DNA of 64,000 nt from Opitutales bacterium (GTDB taxonomy: Bacteria; Verrucomicrobiota; Verrucomicrobiia; Opitutales; CAXXNP01): positions 1,382,563-1,446,562 of the forward strand of contig OY762281.2 in NCBI GenBank assembly GCA_963665345.2, in the 5' to 3' direction. Under the pieces are notes generated by a model that saw only the letters and a list, made by a program, of their open reading frames with translations, was not told the DNA's origin and did not search any database. Both the position numbers and the translations under genes were made by a program. This document shows, one piece after another, positions 55,431 through 64,000 of this stretch (position 1 is its first letter; each line of letters starts with the position of its first letter).

Positions 55431-56171
55431 TCAGCGAAAAAGGGGGTTTGTTTCGCCGAAGGCATCGATGGCAGTTCCGGTGATCGCCCAGCTGGCTTCT
55501 GATACCAAAAAGACCCCCAAGGCAGCAATATCTTCGGGTTTCATCAGTTTCGGGTTCTCTTCTCGACCCCTGCTCCCGAACGCCTCTCGATAGCCCTCTG
55601 TATCGACACCACCCGGGCAGATACTGTTCACGTCGATACCGTAATCCTTGACTTCGGCTGCCACGCTCTCGGTCAGACTGATTAATCCTGCTTTCGTTAC
55701 TCGATAGGCGCTGCGGCTCTTGCCCCCCTTTCGCCCGCCAATGCTCGCAATGTTGATGATCTTGCCAAACCGGTTCTCGATCATTGAGGGCAAGACGGCC
55801 TTTGTGAGCAGCGCCGTTCCCGTGAGATTAACGTCGATCACCTTCCTCCACAAACTGGAGTCGAAATTCACCAAGTCGATGCGAGGATGAATAATAGCGG
55901 CATTGTTGACCAGAATGTCGATGCGTCCGAAGCGAGACCGGGTCTCATGGGCTATGCGCTCAATGTCGGTCTCAACACTCAGGTCCGCAGTCACCTCCAG
56001 AGCCCGCATTCCCATGCCCCTGATCTCTTCTGCAACGGCTTCAATCGATTCAGTTGTACGAGCAATTGCGACGACGTTTGCCCCCTCACGACCAAAGGCG
56101 AGAGCCATCGCCTTTCCGATGCCCCTGCTGGCTCCGGTTACAATGGCGGTCCGGTTTTCAAGTTTCCCCAT
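55431..56171 (-). CDS. SDR-family oxidoreductase (FabG-like)
   Basis: TAIVTGASRGIGKA, NNAA and the YRVTK (YxxxK) motif are present. Confidence 0.9.
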   Translation of the reverse strand: MGKLENRTAIVTGASRGIGKAMALAFGREGANVVAIARTTESIEAVAEEIRGMGMRALEVTADLSVETDIERIAHETRSRFGRIDILVNNAAIIHPRIDLVNFDSSLWRKVIDVNLTGTALLTKAVLPSMIENRFGKIINIASIGGRKGGKSRSAYRVTKAGLISLTESVAAEVKDYGIDVNSICPGGVDTEGYREAFGSRGREENPKLMKPEDIAALGVFLVSEASWAITGTAIDAFGETNPLFR

Positions 56172-56701
56172 CAGCTTATCCTCACCTTATACCTCCTAAA
56201 TAAGGGCTACGGAAGTATCGAGAATTTATATCATCATAGGACAGGGCTGTGGAAGAACAACCTTTGCCGTAGGAACGGGGCGCGTCAACAGATCTTGATT
56301 CTGCGGAAACCCTTTCAGGTTCGTGAGCCGGCGTCGACGATACTCAGTCAGTCGTGGCTGCATGCAGCTGCGATTGTAGCCACAGCGAAACTACTTACTG
56401 CTATGACAATGTCACAGCGTACGGGCGCTGCATCGATGATATGTGACTGTAATTCAATGCATTTCTTTGATTTATTAAGCAGCGTCGACGCTTCAGATCA
56501 GGCAGCGTCAGCGCATTGATAAAAATCCCTGTTCCAAGGGATTCTTGTGATGCAATACATTCATTGAGAACCGGTTCCGGAGATCCCTTACAAAAGCCTG
56601 CGAAAACATTTTCGTGACATAACGGCAGATGCGTCAGCTCTGCCTACAAGAGGGTTCGATGAGAAGGAAGAAGACTCTCACAGAGGCACAGAGACACGGA
56701 G

Positions 56702-56975
56702 ATGGAAGAGAATGAAATTGGAACGATTATCGTGGATTGTGCCGTGCAAATCCACAGCGCACTTGGACCAGGATTGCTGGAGACGTGAGGTGACCTTAGC
56801 TCGCCGCTCGGGAAAGCAGGGACTACGGGCGGACAGGCAAGTTGCCATTGCGATAGAATTTGACGGAGTGAAGTTTGATGAGGGATTACGTGCTGACCTG
56901 ATCGTTGAAGAAAAAGTCATTATCGAGTTAAAGTCGGTGGAGAAGGTAAGCGCGGCACACAACACGGCAGATTGA
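56702..56975 (+). pseudogene. GxxExxY (PD-(D/E)XK-like) protein, frameshifted and truncated
   Basis: MEENEIGTIIVDCAVQIHSALGPGLLET* is followed in another frame by ..GLRADRQVAIAIEFDGVKFDEGLRADLIVEEKVIIELKSVEK... The VYE core and the C-terminus are missing. Confidence 0.6.
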
Positions 56976-57005
56976 CAGCTGTGAACCATCAATTATGCTT
57001 CGATC

Positions 57006-57212
57006 ATGACAAAGCTCCTCGAGAGAGCGATTTCGGAGATCTCAAAACTTCCTGAAGAAGAACAGGATGCGCTCGCATCGGTGATTCTGGAAGAGATGAT
57101 TGCAGAGAAACGTTGGTCGGAAATGTTCGCCGATTCGCAGGATCTTCTCGTCGCGATGGCCGAAGAAGCCGAAAAGGATTACGAAGCGGGTGAAACCAGG
57201 AAGTTTCCCTAA
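57006..57212 (+). CDS. type II antitoxin-like small protein (orphaned)
   Basis: MTKLLERAISEISKLPEEEQDALASVILEEM..RW...F..SQD resembles antitoxins paired with RelE/ParE/HigB-type toxins. Downstream, 57216-57330 holds only scraps of such a toxin (..RAFWKGFDRLP*). Confidence 0.5.
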   Translation: MTKLLERAISEISKLPEEEQDALASVILEEMIAEKRWSEMFADSQDLLVAMAEEAEKDYEAGETRKFP

Positions 57213-57476
57213 ACTTTGGATTCACGAGCGAAACGTGCCTTCTGGAAGGGTTTCGACCGGCTCCCTTGAGGATTACAACAACCTCATTAGGCGGAGAAAG
57301 GTATAACATTGCGTCGACTTAACGCGGACAAGCCGCGTCCGTCAGGCACACCGAAATGATGATAGTGTGTCCCGAGATCACGGATGGGCTCCCAACTTCC
57401 CCGTTTGGCTCGATAAAAATGATTACGGCCGGTTTGTGACTGAGCTTGAAACGGCGTTTGAAGAACTCCCGACCAC

Positions 57477-57662
57477 CTATCGTGGGTTTTCATTTTGAGG
57501 AGTACGAAGCCGGGTCCTCAACGTCAGGGAGTATATTGAAACTATAACCGCGTTCCGGAAGCGCCCCGATGAATTACATGTAGGTTGAGCCTGTTGTGAA
57601 AATCGGATGATGTCTACTCCCGCCAGCGAGAGCAATGCGCAGGTATCGAGGATCAGGTCCAT
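57477..57662 (-). pseudogene. truncated PIN-domain toxin remnant
   Basis: MDLILDTCALLSLAG is a PIN N-terminus, but the ORF stops after 61 aa. Confidence 0.45.
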
Positions 57663-57803
57663 CCTTCGATATTAAGTTTTCCTTGTGTCTGCGTTTTGGG
57701 TTAAGTTCGTTAGAAAGATCTATTTTACCGGGAACGGAGCACGCACAATAAGCCCCGTTCCTCAGAAATCCGGGTTTGAACAGGTATGAAAATCTGATCC
57801 GAG

Positions 57804-59006
57804 ATGAATATTTTTCGACCTCAGAGGCCCTATATATTCCGGCCGCCGAAGTACTCTTCGTTTCTGGCACCTTTTCTCATAAAAATAAGCGAGGTGTTTT
57901 TCCTTCGAAAGACATTCCGGATGCGGAGAATTACTTCGGAGGGGTTGGATTCGGTCTCCCAATTGGTAGATGCGGGACACACCGTTTTGATAGCCCCCAA
58001 TCACGCTGATCATGCGGATCCCCATGTCCTCATTTGCCTCGGTAGGCGGCACGGTCTCACATTTCACTTTATGGCTGCCCGGGAGGGATTTGAACTGAGT
58101 CCGTTACACGCCTTTGCTTTGCAGCGCTGCGGGGCCTTTTCCGTAGACAGAGAAGGCGCCGACATCGCCTCCATAAAAACGGCCATGCAAATTCTTCGAC
58201 AAGCTCGTTTCCCGCTTGTGGTGTTTCCGGAAGGAGAGATTTACCATCACCAGGAGCAGCTCGATCCTCTTAACGAAGGGGTATGCACGATGCTCTTACG
58301 GGCTGCCAAAAGCCTTCCTAACGAGAAGTGCGCCTATTTGATTCCGGCGGCAATGCTGTATACCTACGAGGAGACGGTGGAGTCCTCTTTTCCTGAACGA
58401 CTGAACGTGCTGGAGGAGAGAATTACCTGGAAACCAAAAGACGAAATGGAGGTAGTTGACCGGATTTACCGTCTGGGAGAAGGGCTCCTGGCGCTTAAAG
58501 AGGTCGAGTTTCTGGGGTCGGCGCGGTCGGGCAGCTTGGTTGATCGCTTATCGAATCTTCGAAATGAATTGGTAGCCGCCGTCGAGGAGAAACACCTGCC
58601 TAAGAAGGGAACGGGAAGCATACCGGAACGGGTGAAAGCTTTGCGCGCCCGCATTCGAAAGCAATTACTCGGTTCGGATGGGAATGTTTCCGAGGAGGAG
58701 CAAGCGCGGCTCTATGATGATCTGGACACCCTTTTTGTAACAGTTCAGCTCTACAGCTACCCGGGAGAGTATCTCCGTGAGAATTACAGTGTCGGCCGCA
58801 TAGCCGAGACGATCCTGAAACTGGAGGAAGACGTGCTCGGAAAGGCAGACTATCCTGTTCCGAGAGATGTTCACGTCAAATTTGGGGCGCCTGTCGAAGT
58901 GAAGGCCTACCTCAAAGAACAATCCCTCAATACGCGGAATGCGGTAGGCCCATTGACGACGTTGCTGAGCGAGAGAATTCAGAGTATGTTGCAGGAGCTG
59001 GGATGA
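57804..59006 (+). CDS. PlsC-family (lysophospholipid) acyltransferase with a long C-terminal extension
   Basis: The H(x)4D motif NHADHADP and the FPEGE box are present. The stop overlaps the next ATG (ATGA). Confidence 0.72.
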   Translation: MNIFRPQRPYIFRPPKYSSFLAPFLIKISEVFFLRKTFRMRRITSEGLDSVSQLVDAGHTVLIAPNHADHADPHVLICLGRRHGLTFHFMAAREGFELSPLHAFALQRCGAFSVDREGADIASIKTAMQILRQARFPLVVFPEGEIYHHQEQLDPLNEGVCTMLLRAAKSLPNEKCAYLIPAAMLYTYEETVESSFPERLNVLEERITWKPKDEMEVVDRIYRLGEGLLALKEVEFLGSARSGSLVDRLSNLRNELVAAVEEKHLPKKGTGSIPERVKALRARIRKQLLGSDGNVSEEEQARLYDDLDTLFVTVQLYSYPGEYLRENYSVGRIAETILKLEEDVLGKADYPVPRDVHVKFGAPVEVKAYLKEQSLNTRNAVGPLTTLLSERIQSMLQELG

Positions 59007-62000
59007 AGAATCCGCTACGAGGCCTGCTGGTCACACAATTCTTCGGCGCTTTTAACGATAATGCGTGGAAGCTGATTGTAGCCCTCCTGGCTATCGAGCG
59101 AATCAGAGGCGAAGTTGGCGATGTCGGCCCTGAATTTGAAGCGGCGGCTCAGCTCCAGACGATGCTGCCTTTCATGGTGATATCACTCGCTCTCATGCTC
59201 TTTTCGCTACCGGCCGGGGTTGTTGCCGATCGGTTGAGCAAGCGTACGGTCATAATCGCGGCGAAAGGGGTGGAGATCCTGCTCATGGCGGTGGGGACAT
59301 TGCTGCTTTGGAGCAATCCATCCGGCAGCATGCTGCTTCTTGTGGTGCTCGGTATCATGGGCGCGCAGAGCGCTTTCTTCAGCCCCGCCAAATACGGTAT
59401 TCTTCCCGAGATTCTTGATCACGAGCGACTCTCCGCGGGCAACGGAGCGCTGGAGTTGTGGACTTTTATGGCGATTATCGCGGGGACGGCGATGGCTGGT
59501 CCTTTTCTTGATAAATTTGCCTCCGAAGTCTGGGTCGTCGGAGCAATCTTAACGACTCTGGCGATAATCGGATTTCTCGCTGCCTTTTCCGTTCCTCGCG
59601 TTTCTCCGGCCCGTTCAGAGGGAGGCATTTTTGACACTGTGAGCATTGCCTGGGTGGCAATGCGCGGGGACCGGGTGCTCTGGTTGTCCGTCATGGGCTT
59701 GATGATGTTCTGGTTTGTAGTGGCGCTCCTTGGTCAAAACATCGTCGTTTATGCAAAAGCCGTGCTTCATCTCTCGGATTCGAAGACCGGCTTTCCCATG
59801 GTCGCCTTCGCCATAGGCATTGCGGCGGGAAGCGTGCTGGCCGGGAAATTGTCGGCTGCCAAGGTGGAGTACGGGCTTCCGCCACTTGGGGCAATCTCAC
59901 TCTTTTTTACGACCTTGGTCTTCGGCCTATGGGGTCCACAGCTTGCCGGCACTCTAATCTTGATGGCTCTCGCCGGGATTTGCAGCGGGCTTATTATAGT
60001 GCCTCTTCACGCGCTCGTTCAGTGGCGTTCGCCCACGGATCGTCGGGGCGCGGTAATCGCGCTTTCCAATGTATTCAGTTTCGGAAGTATGCTGGCAGGT
60101 TCGCTGGGAGCGGCAGGGCTTTCATTGCGGCACATCCCTCCACAAGGAATATTTCTCGCTGCTTCCGTCTTTCTTCTTGGGTGCACCATCTGGGCCATCC
60201 GTCTCTTACCCGACGCCCTGCTTCGCCTGATCCTGGTCCTCCTCACCCACACTGTCTACCGTCTCAAAGTTACCGGGCGATCGAACGTTCCGGAAGCGGG
60301 CGGCGCTCTCCTGGTTCCGAATCACGTCTCCTTCGCGGATGGCCTTTACGTGCTGGCGAGTCTTGATCGTCACGTTAGTTTTCTTGTCGAGTCGAGCTAC
60401 TTTCACCGCCCCTTATTCAAGCCGTTCATGAAATCGCTTAGAGCGATTCCCCTCGCTTCGTCGAGTAGTCCACGAGAACTGCTGAGCGCATTGCGCGAGG
60501 CCGGGAAAAGACTCGAGGAGGGCGAGTTGGTTTGCATTTTTGGGGAAGGGCAGATCACCCGCACGGGAATGCTGGGTCCCTTTCAACGCGGGCTCGAACG
60601 GATCGTCAAGGGACGCACCACCCCGATCATCCCGGTTAATCTCGACCGTGTCTGGGGAAGTATCTTCAGCTGGGCAGGCGGGCGATTTGTCACAAAGGTT
60701 CCGGAAAAGATCCCGTATCCGGTAAGCGTATCCTTTGGAAGCCCGTTGCCTGCCGGAGTCTCCTTTAACGAAGTACGCGCCGCGGTGCAGTCATTGAGTG
60801 AGACCGCATGGCGCCTACGCAAAGCCGACCGCCCTCCACTGCACCACACGTTTGTCCACGCTGCTCGACGGCGGCCCTTCCGGTTTGCCATGGCGGACCT
60901 GAGCTTTGCTCGCATCTCAAGAATTGGCGCACTCGCCGGTGCCATCGCGCTGGCACGAGCGCTGCGGCGCCACTGGGAAGGACAGACCGCGGTTGGGATC
61001 CTACTCCCGTCGAGTGTCGCGGGATTTTGGGCAAACGTTGCGGCCGCGCTCTCCGGCAAGACGAGCGTAAACCTGAACTTCACTGCCGGATCTTTCGGTC
61101 TGACTTCGGCGGCACAGCAAGCGAATCTTCAAACCGTCTTGTCAAGCCGGGCATTTCTGGAAAAGGCAAAAATCGAACTTCCAGAGGGCGTTAGGCCGCT
61201 CTGGATTGAAGACCTCCGCGATACTATGGGTGCGGGCGCGAAATTCCTTGCCTTATGTCTCGGATTTTTCGCCCCTATCCGGGTTATTGAGCGCGCTTGC
61301 GGAGCAAGACAGTCGCCTTCACCGGATGATATCATCACCGTCATTTTCAGCAGTGGAAGCACCGGCGAACCGAAAGGCGTTCGTCTTTCCCACTTCAATA
61401 TCGACTCAAACGAGGAGGCCGCGGCGCAGGTCTTCCGCCTGGAACCGTCCGACCGAATTCTAGGCATTCTCCCGTTCTTTCACTCTTTCGGCTACATGGC
61501 GACTATCTGGTTGGCGGCAAACCAGGGTATGGGGGTGGTCTATCATCCGAACCCCCTCGATGGAGGCGCCATCGGTGACTTGGTTCAACGTTACCGAGTG
61601 ACTTTTCTATTGGCTACGCCGACCTTCTTGCAGATATATCTCCGCCGCTGCAGCCCCGCTCAGTTTGGTTCCCTTCGCGTCGTCCTGACCGGAGCAAAAA
61701 AGCTCTCAGAGAGACTTTCGCATGCATTTGAAGACCACTTTGGGATTCGCCCCCTCGAAGGCTACGGGACGACTGAATGCTCGCCGGTGGTTGCGGTAAG
61801 CGCCCCGGACTTCCGAGCGCCGGGGTTTTATCAGCCAGGTTCGCGTCGAGGCTTCGTGGGCCAACCGCTCCCAAACGTAGCTGTCCGAATCGTTGATCCG
61901 GACAGCTACGAGTCAGTGGAAACCGGTCAGCCCGGAATGCTCCTGGTAAAAGGCCCGAATGTGATGTGTGGCTACCTCGGTCGAGATGACCTCACAGAGA

Positions 62001-62407
62001 AGGTGATGCGCGACGGATGGTACGTTACGGGCGATATTGCTCTCATGGACGAGGACGGGTATCTAAAGATCACCGATCGCCTCTCTCGCTTTTCGAAAAT
62101 TGGAGGTGAAATGGTTCCTCATGGACGGGTAGAAGAGGCCCTGCAGGAAGCGTCTGGTGACCAGGCGCAGGTCTTCGCTGTAACGGCAGTGCCCGACGAG
62201 CGCAAAGGGGAGCGTCTGGCGGTGTTGCATACCTTGGAAGAGAGTCGAATTCCCGAGATATTGGAGAAGGTTCGCAGTAGCGGGCTTCCCCAACTCTTTA
62301 TCCCCCGCAAGAATCAATTCGTAAAGGTGGAGCAGCTCCCGCTCCTGGGAACCGGCAAGCTCGACCTTCGCGAGATCAAACGAATCGCCTCCCAAACGCT
62401 GGTTTGA
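59003..62407 (+). CDS. triple fusion: LplT-like MFS lysophospholipid transporter + PlsC-type acyltransferase + acyl-ACP synthetase (Aas-like)
   Basis: The N-terminal roughly 400 aa form a 12-TM MFS. The middle part has NHVSFADG and FGEGQITR. The C-terminal part is ANL-type (SSGSTGEPKGV, YGTTE, TGD..DEDGYLKITDR, GKLD). The total of 1134 aa is roughly LplT + Aas. Confidence 0.82.
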   Translation: MKNPLRGLLVTQFFGAFNDNAWKLIVALLAIERIRGEVGDVGPEFEAAAQLQTMLPFMVISLALMLFSLPAGVVADRLSKRTVIIAAKGVEILLMAVGTLLLWSNPSGSMLLLVVLGIMGAQSAFFSPAKYGILPEILDHERLSAGNGALELWTFMAIIAGTAMAGPFLDKFASEVWVVGAILTTLAIIGFLAAFSVPRVSPARSEGGIFDTVSIAWVAMRGDRVLWLSVMGLMMFWFVVALLGQNIVVYAKAVLHLSDSKTGFPMVAFAIGIAAGSVLAGKLSAAKVEYGLPPLGAISLFFTTLVFGLWGPQLAGTLILMALAGICSGLIIVPLHALVQWRSPTDRRGAVIALSNVFSFGSMLAGSLGAAGLSLRHIPPQGIFLAASVFLLGCTIWAIRLLPDALLRLILVLLTHTVYRLKVTGRSNVPEAGGALLVPNHVSFADGLYVLASLDRHVSFLVESSYFHRPLFKPFMKSLRAIPLASSSSPRELLSALREAGKRLEEGELVCIFGEGQITRTGMLGPFQRGLERIVKGRTTPIIPVNLDRVWGSIFSWAGGRFVTKVPEKIPYPVSVSFGSPLPAGVSFNEVRAAVQSLSETAWRLRKADRPPLHHTFVHAARRRPFRFAMADLSFARISRIGALAGAIALARALRRHWEGQTAVGILLPSSVAGFWANVAAALSGKTSVNLNFTAGSFGLTSAAQQANLQTVLSSRAFLEKAKIELPEGVRPLWIEDLRDTMGAGAKFLALCLGFFAPIRVIERACGARQSPSPDDIITVIFSSGSTGEPKGVRLSHFNIDSNEEAAAQVFRLEPSDRILGILPFFHSFGYMATIWLAANQGMGVVYHPNPLDGGAIGDLVQRYRVTFLLATPTFLQIYLRRCSPAQFGSLRVVLTGAKKLSERLSHAFEDHFGIRPLEGYGTTECSPVVAVSAPDFRAPGFYQPGSRRGFVGQPLPNVAVRIVDPDSYESVETGQPGMLLVKGPNVMCGYLGRDDLTEKVMRDGWYVTGDIALMDEDGYLKITDRLSRFSKIGGEMVPHGRVEEALQEASGDQAQVFAVTAVPDERKGERLAVLHTLEESRIPEILEKVRSSGLPQLFIPRKNQFVKVEQLPLLGTGKLDLREIKRIASQTLV

Positions 62408-62456
62408 TCTTGTTCTCGAGCGACTTTACCCCATTGTTTCAAAGAATTAAGAAGTG

Positions 62457-63509
62457 ATGAAAAGCAAGGCGCAGACCGGAAAGGCCTGGGCGATCCGAAT
62501 GCTGAAGCTGCTCACCGTCCTCGTGAGCGCATTGCTCGTCTACGAGATCGTCCACCTGGTCTTTCTGCCGGACATAACCGGGTGGGGCATCCTCGCCTGG
62601 ATGGAGGAACCCTCGGCGGAGGGACCTTCGGCTCTGGCCGCGCCAGAGGACCGTGGGTCTTTCGAACAATTTCTTTCCTACGATGGGGTAACTTCCAGCC
62701 CGACGCTGGACGCCTCGATCCTCGGATCGCTTGGCCTTTTCGTCGTTTTGCTGTGGTTTTATTTGCGTCCCGTGCAACGGGCGAACGAACGTCGGCTGAA
62801 GGCGAGGAAGGTCCTTGCTTACGCGATGGGAGTCTCGCTCACTGTTTTCCTGGCGCTTGTTTCTGCGGCGCTGTCTGGCAAGGGAGCTCGACAACGCGAA
62901 TTCAGCGACGAATCCTGGGAAAAGATCAGGGACCGGTTGCAAGTTGGTGACGTCCTCGCCTATCGAATGGAAAAGTGGAGCGCCCGGAGGGAGATCTTCC
63001 TGCGTGGCGACCTGACTTTCGTCGGCTACCGCTTATTCAAGTACGGCCACTTGGCCATCGTCGTCGCGGACCCGCTGGATCCCGGCAAGAAAGTCCTCTT
63101 CACCAGCCAGAGCTTCAAAGGGGTAAATGTAGACGAGGACCTCGACACTCTCAGAACTCACAACTGGGATGCCTACCGGCTGGATAGATGGGAGCGCATA
63201 GACAAGCAGCGTTTCAGCCAGTATGTCGACCATTGTCGGAATGCCGCCGGACATTTCACCGGGTACGACTTCTCCGGTATGTTCGCGTTATGGAACGCGA
63301 ACCTGAAGCCAAAAAACAGGGAAGACATCGGCGCCGAGTACATCTGTTCCACTGCTGTGGTGACTATCCTCCACTACGCGGGGTTCGAAAGCGACGCCAT
63401 TCAGCGTGACGGCTGGTTCGACCTCGTCACACCCTATCAGGTCGTGAAGGCAATGGGCCGATTTATGCCTCTGCCTCCAGAAGGAGTCGCCCCGCCAGAA
63501 AGCAGGTAA
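62457..63509 (+). CDS. membrane protein with a YiiX/YaeF-type permuted papain-like (C92) domain
   Basis: N-terminal TM segments, followed by GDVLAY, YGHLAIVV, GYDFSG and EYICSTAVV (Cys box). Confidence 0.6.
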   Translation: MKSKAQTGKAWAIRMLKLLTVLVSALLVYEIVHLVFLPDITGWGILAWMEEPSAEGPSALAAPEDRGSFEQFLSYDGVTSSPTLDASILGSLGLFVVLLWFYLRPVQRANERRLKARKVLAYAMGVSLTVFLALVSAALSGKGARQREFSDESWEKIRDRLQVGDVLAYRMEKWSARREIFLRGDLTFVGYRLFKYGHLAIVVADPLDPGKKVLFTSQSFKGVNVDEDLDTLRTHNWDAYRLDRWERIDKQRFSQYVDHCRNAAGHFTGYDFSGMFALWNANLKPKNREDIGAEYICSTAVVTILHYAGFESDAIQRDGWFDLVTPYQVVKAMGRFMPLPPEGVAPPESR

Positions 63510-63525
63510 GCTACGATAAAAGACA

Positions 63526-64000
63526 CTACTCCGCGATCTCATCCGCGAACATATCCTCATAGTGGCGATACCATTCACTCTGAAATCGGGCCTCGGGGTC
63601 GTGCTTTTCCTTCAGCCTAAGAAACTCAGGGAACTGCGGATAACATTTCAGGACCTGCTCGCGAGTTGCCCATCGGTGGTAGGTGAGAAAGTAGCTGCCG
63701 CCGTACTGGATGCCGCGGTCAATCAATCGCCGGAAATCCGCTCTTCCTTTTTCGAGGCCGACAGCATCGTGGCCGACGTGCAGATTAAAGATCACGCTGG
63801 CAAATCGCTCCCTGGCCCAGGCAAGAAAGGTCTCATCGTCCTTCTCAATGAGTCGGATTGTCCCGTAAATCAGGTTCACATCGTTTTCGAGGAAATCGCC
63901 TCGAACATCCTCCAGGAAATTTCGTAGGGCATGGCGGGGCACATAAATCTCCGAAATCATCTCGGTTCCGTTCTGGAGCGGACCGAGTCGTCCGCTGAGC
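63526..64000 (-). CDS. C-terminal part of an FAD-linked oxidase-like protein (gene continues beyond the window)
   Basis: The reading frame is open to the window edge. ..EIYVPR..L..F......IYGTIRLIEKD..TFLAWA...GGSYFLTYH resembles the C-terminal domains of FAD-binding oxidoreductases. Confidence 0.55.
   Translation of the reverse strand, partial: LSGRLGPLQNGTEMISEIYVPRHALRNFLEDVRGDFLENDVNLIYGTIRLIEKDDETFLAWARERFASVIFNLHVGHDAVGLEKGRADFRRLIDRGIQYGGSYFLTYHRWATREQVLKCYPQFPEFLRLKEKHDPEARFQSEWYRHYEDMFADEIAE

Overview
Moderately GC-rich bacterial chromosomal window. It holds about 45 intact-looking genes and about 20 gene remnants, so it reads as a plasticity zone rather than core genome. PEP-CTERM tails, sulfatases, many Gfo/Idh/MocA oxidoreductases, 325-aa HUH 'transposase' paralogs and IS1634/IS4 elements suggest a PVC-type (Verrucomicrobiota-like) host; that is inference only.

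Layout:
- 1-7.4 kb: housekeeping-type genes (aldo/keto reductase, D-aminoacylase-family amidohydrolase, vWA-like membrane protein, DUF374 acyltransferase). They are separated by GTAG-headed hairpin repeats (REP-like, two families, all in one orientation). The block ends at tRNA-Ala(CGC).
- 7.5-12.1 kb: tRNA-anchored islet. It carries a tyrosine integrase killed by one in-frame TAG, pentapeptide-repeat and IS91 remnants, and a translationally coupled four-gene operon (TIGR04255-like plus three unknowns). This operon is my best candidate for an undescribed system.
- 12.1-16.5 kb: sugar-type oxidoreductase cluster, with a heavily structured convergent intergenic region.
- 16.6-18.7 kb: IS1634 element.
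- 18.7-20.3 kb: PhyH-HEAT fusion gene.
- 20.75-22.46 kb: toxin-first AbiEii/AbiEi module with a perfect 14-bp palindrome upstream, bracketed by 21-nt direct repeats.
- 22.6-26.8 kb: operon of a SipW-type signal peptidase, a LolA-like protein and an RND/MMPL exporter fused to a cyclic-nucleotide-binding domain.
- 26.9-28.3 kb: IS4 element next to a truncated amidohydrolase.
- 28.8-38.3 kb: mixed metabolism genes, a REPIN-like doublet and decayed PEP-CTERM genes.
- 38.6-43.2 kb: two RAYT-like HUH/Y1 transposase paralogs plus a third fragment.
- 46.9-52.9 kb and 56.7-57.7 kb: dense, partly dead type II TA modules interleaved with sulfatase, DUF2961, SDR and aldolase fragments.
- 57.8-63.5 kb: lysophospholipid-remodelling locus (PlsC-like gene, LplT-Aas triple fusion, YiiX-like amidase).

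All family calls come from motif recognition by eye. None has been verified by search.
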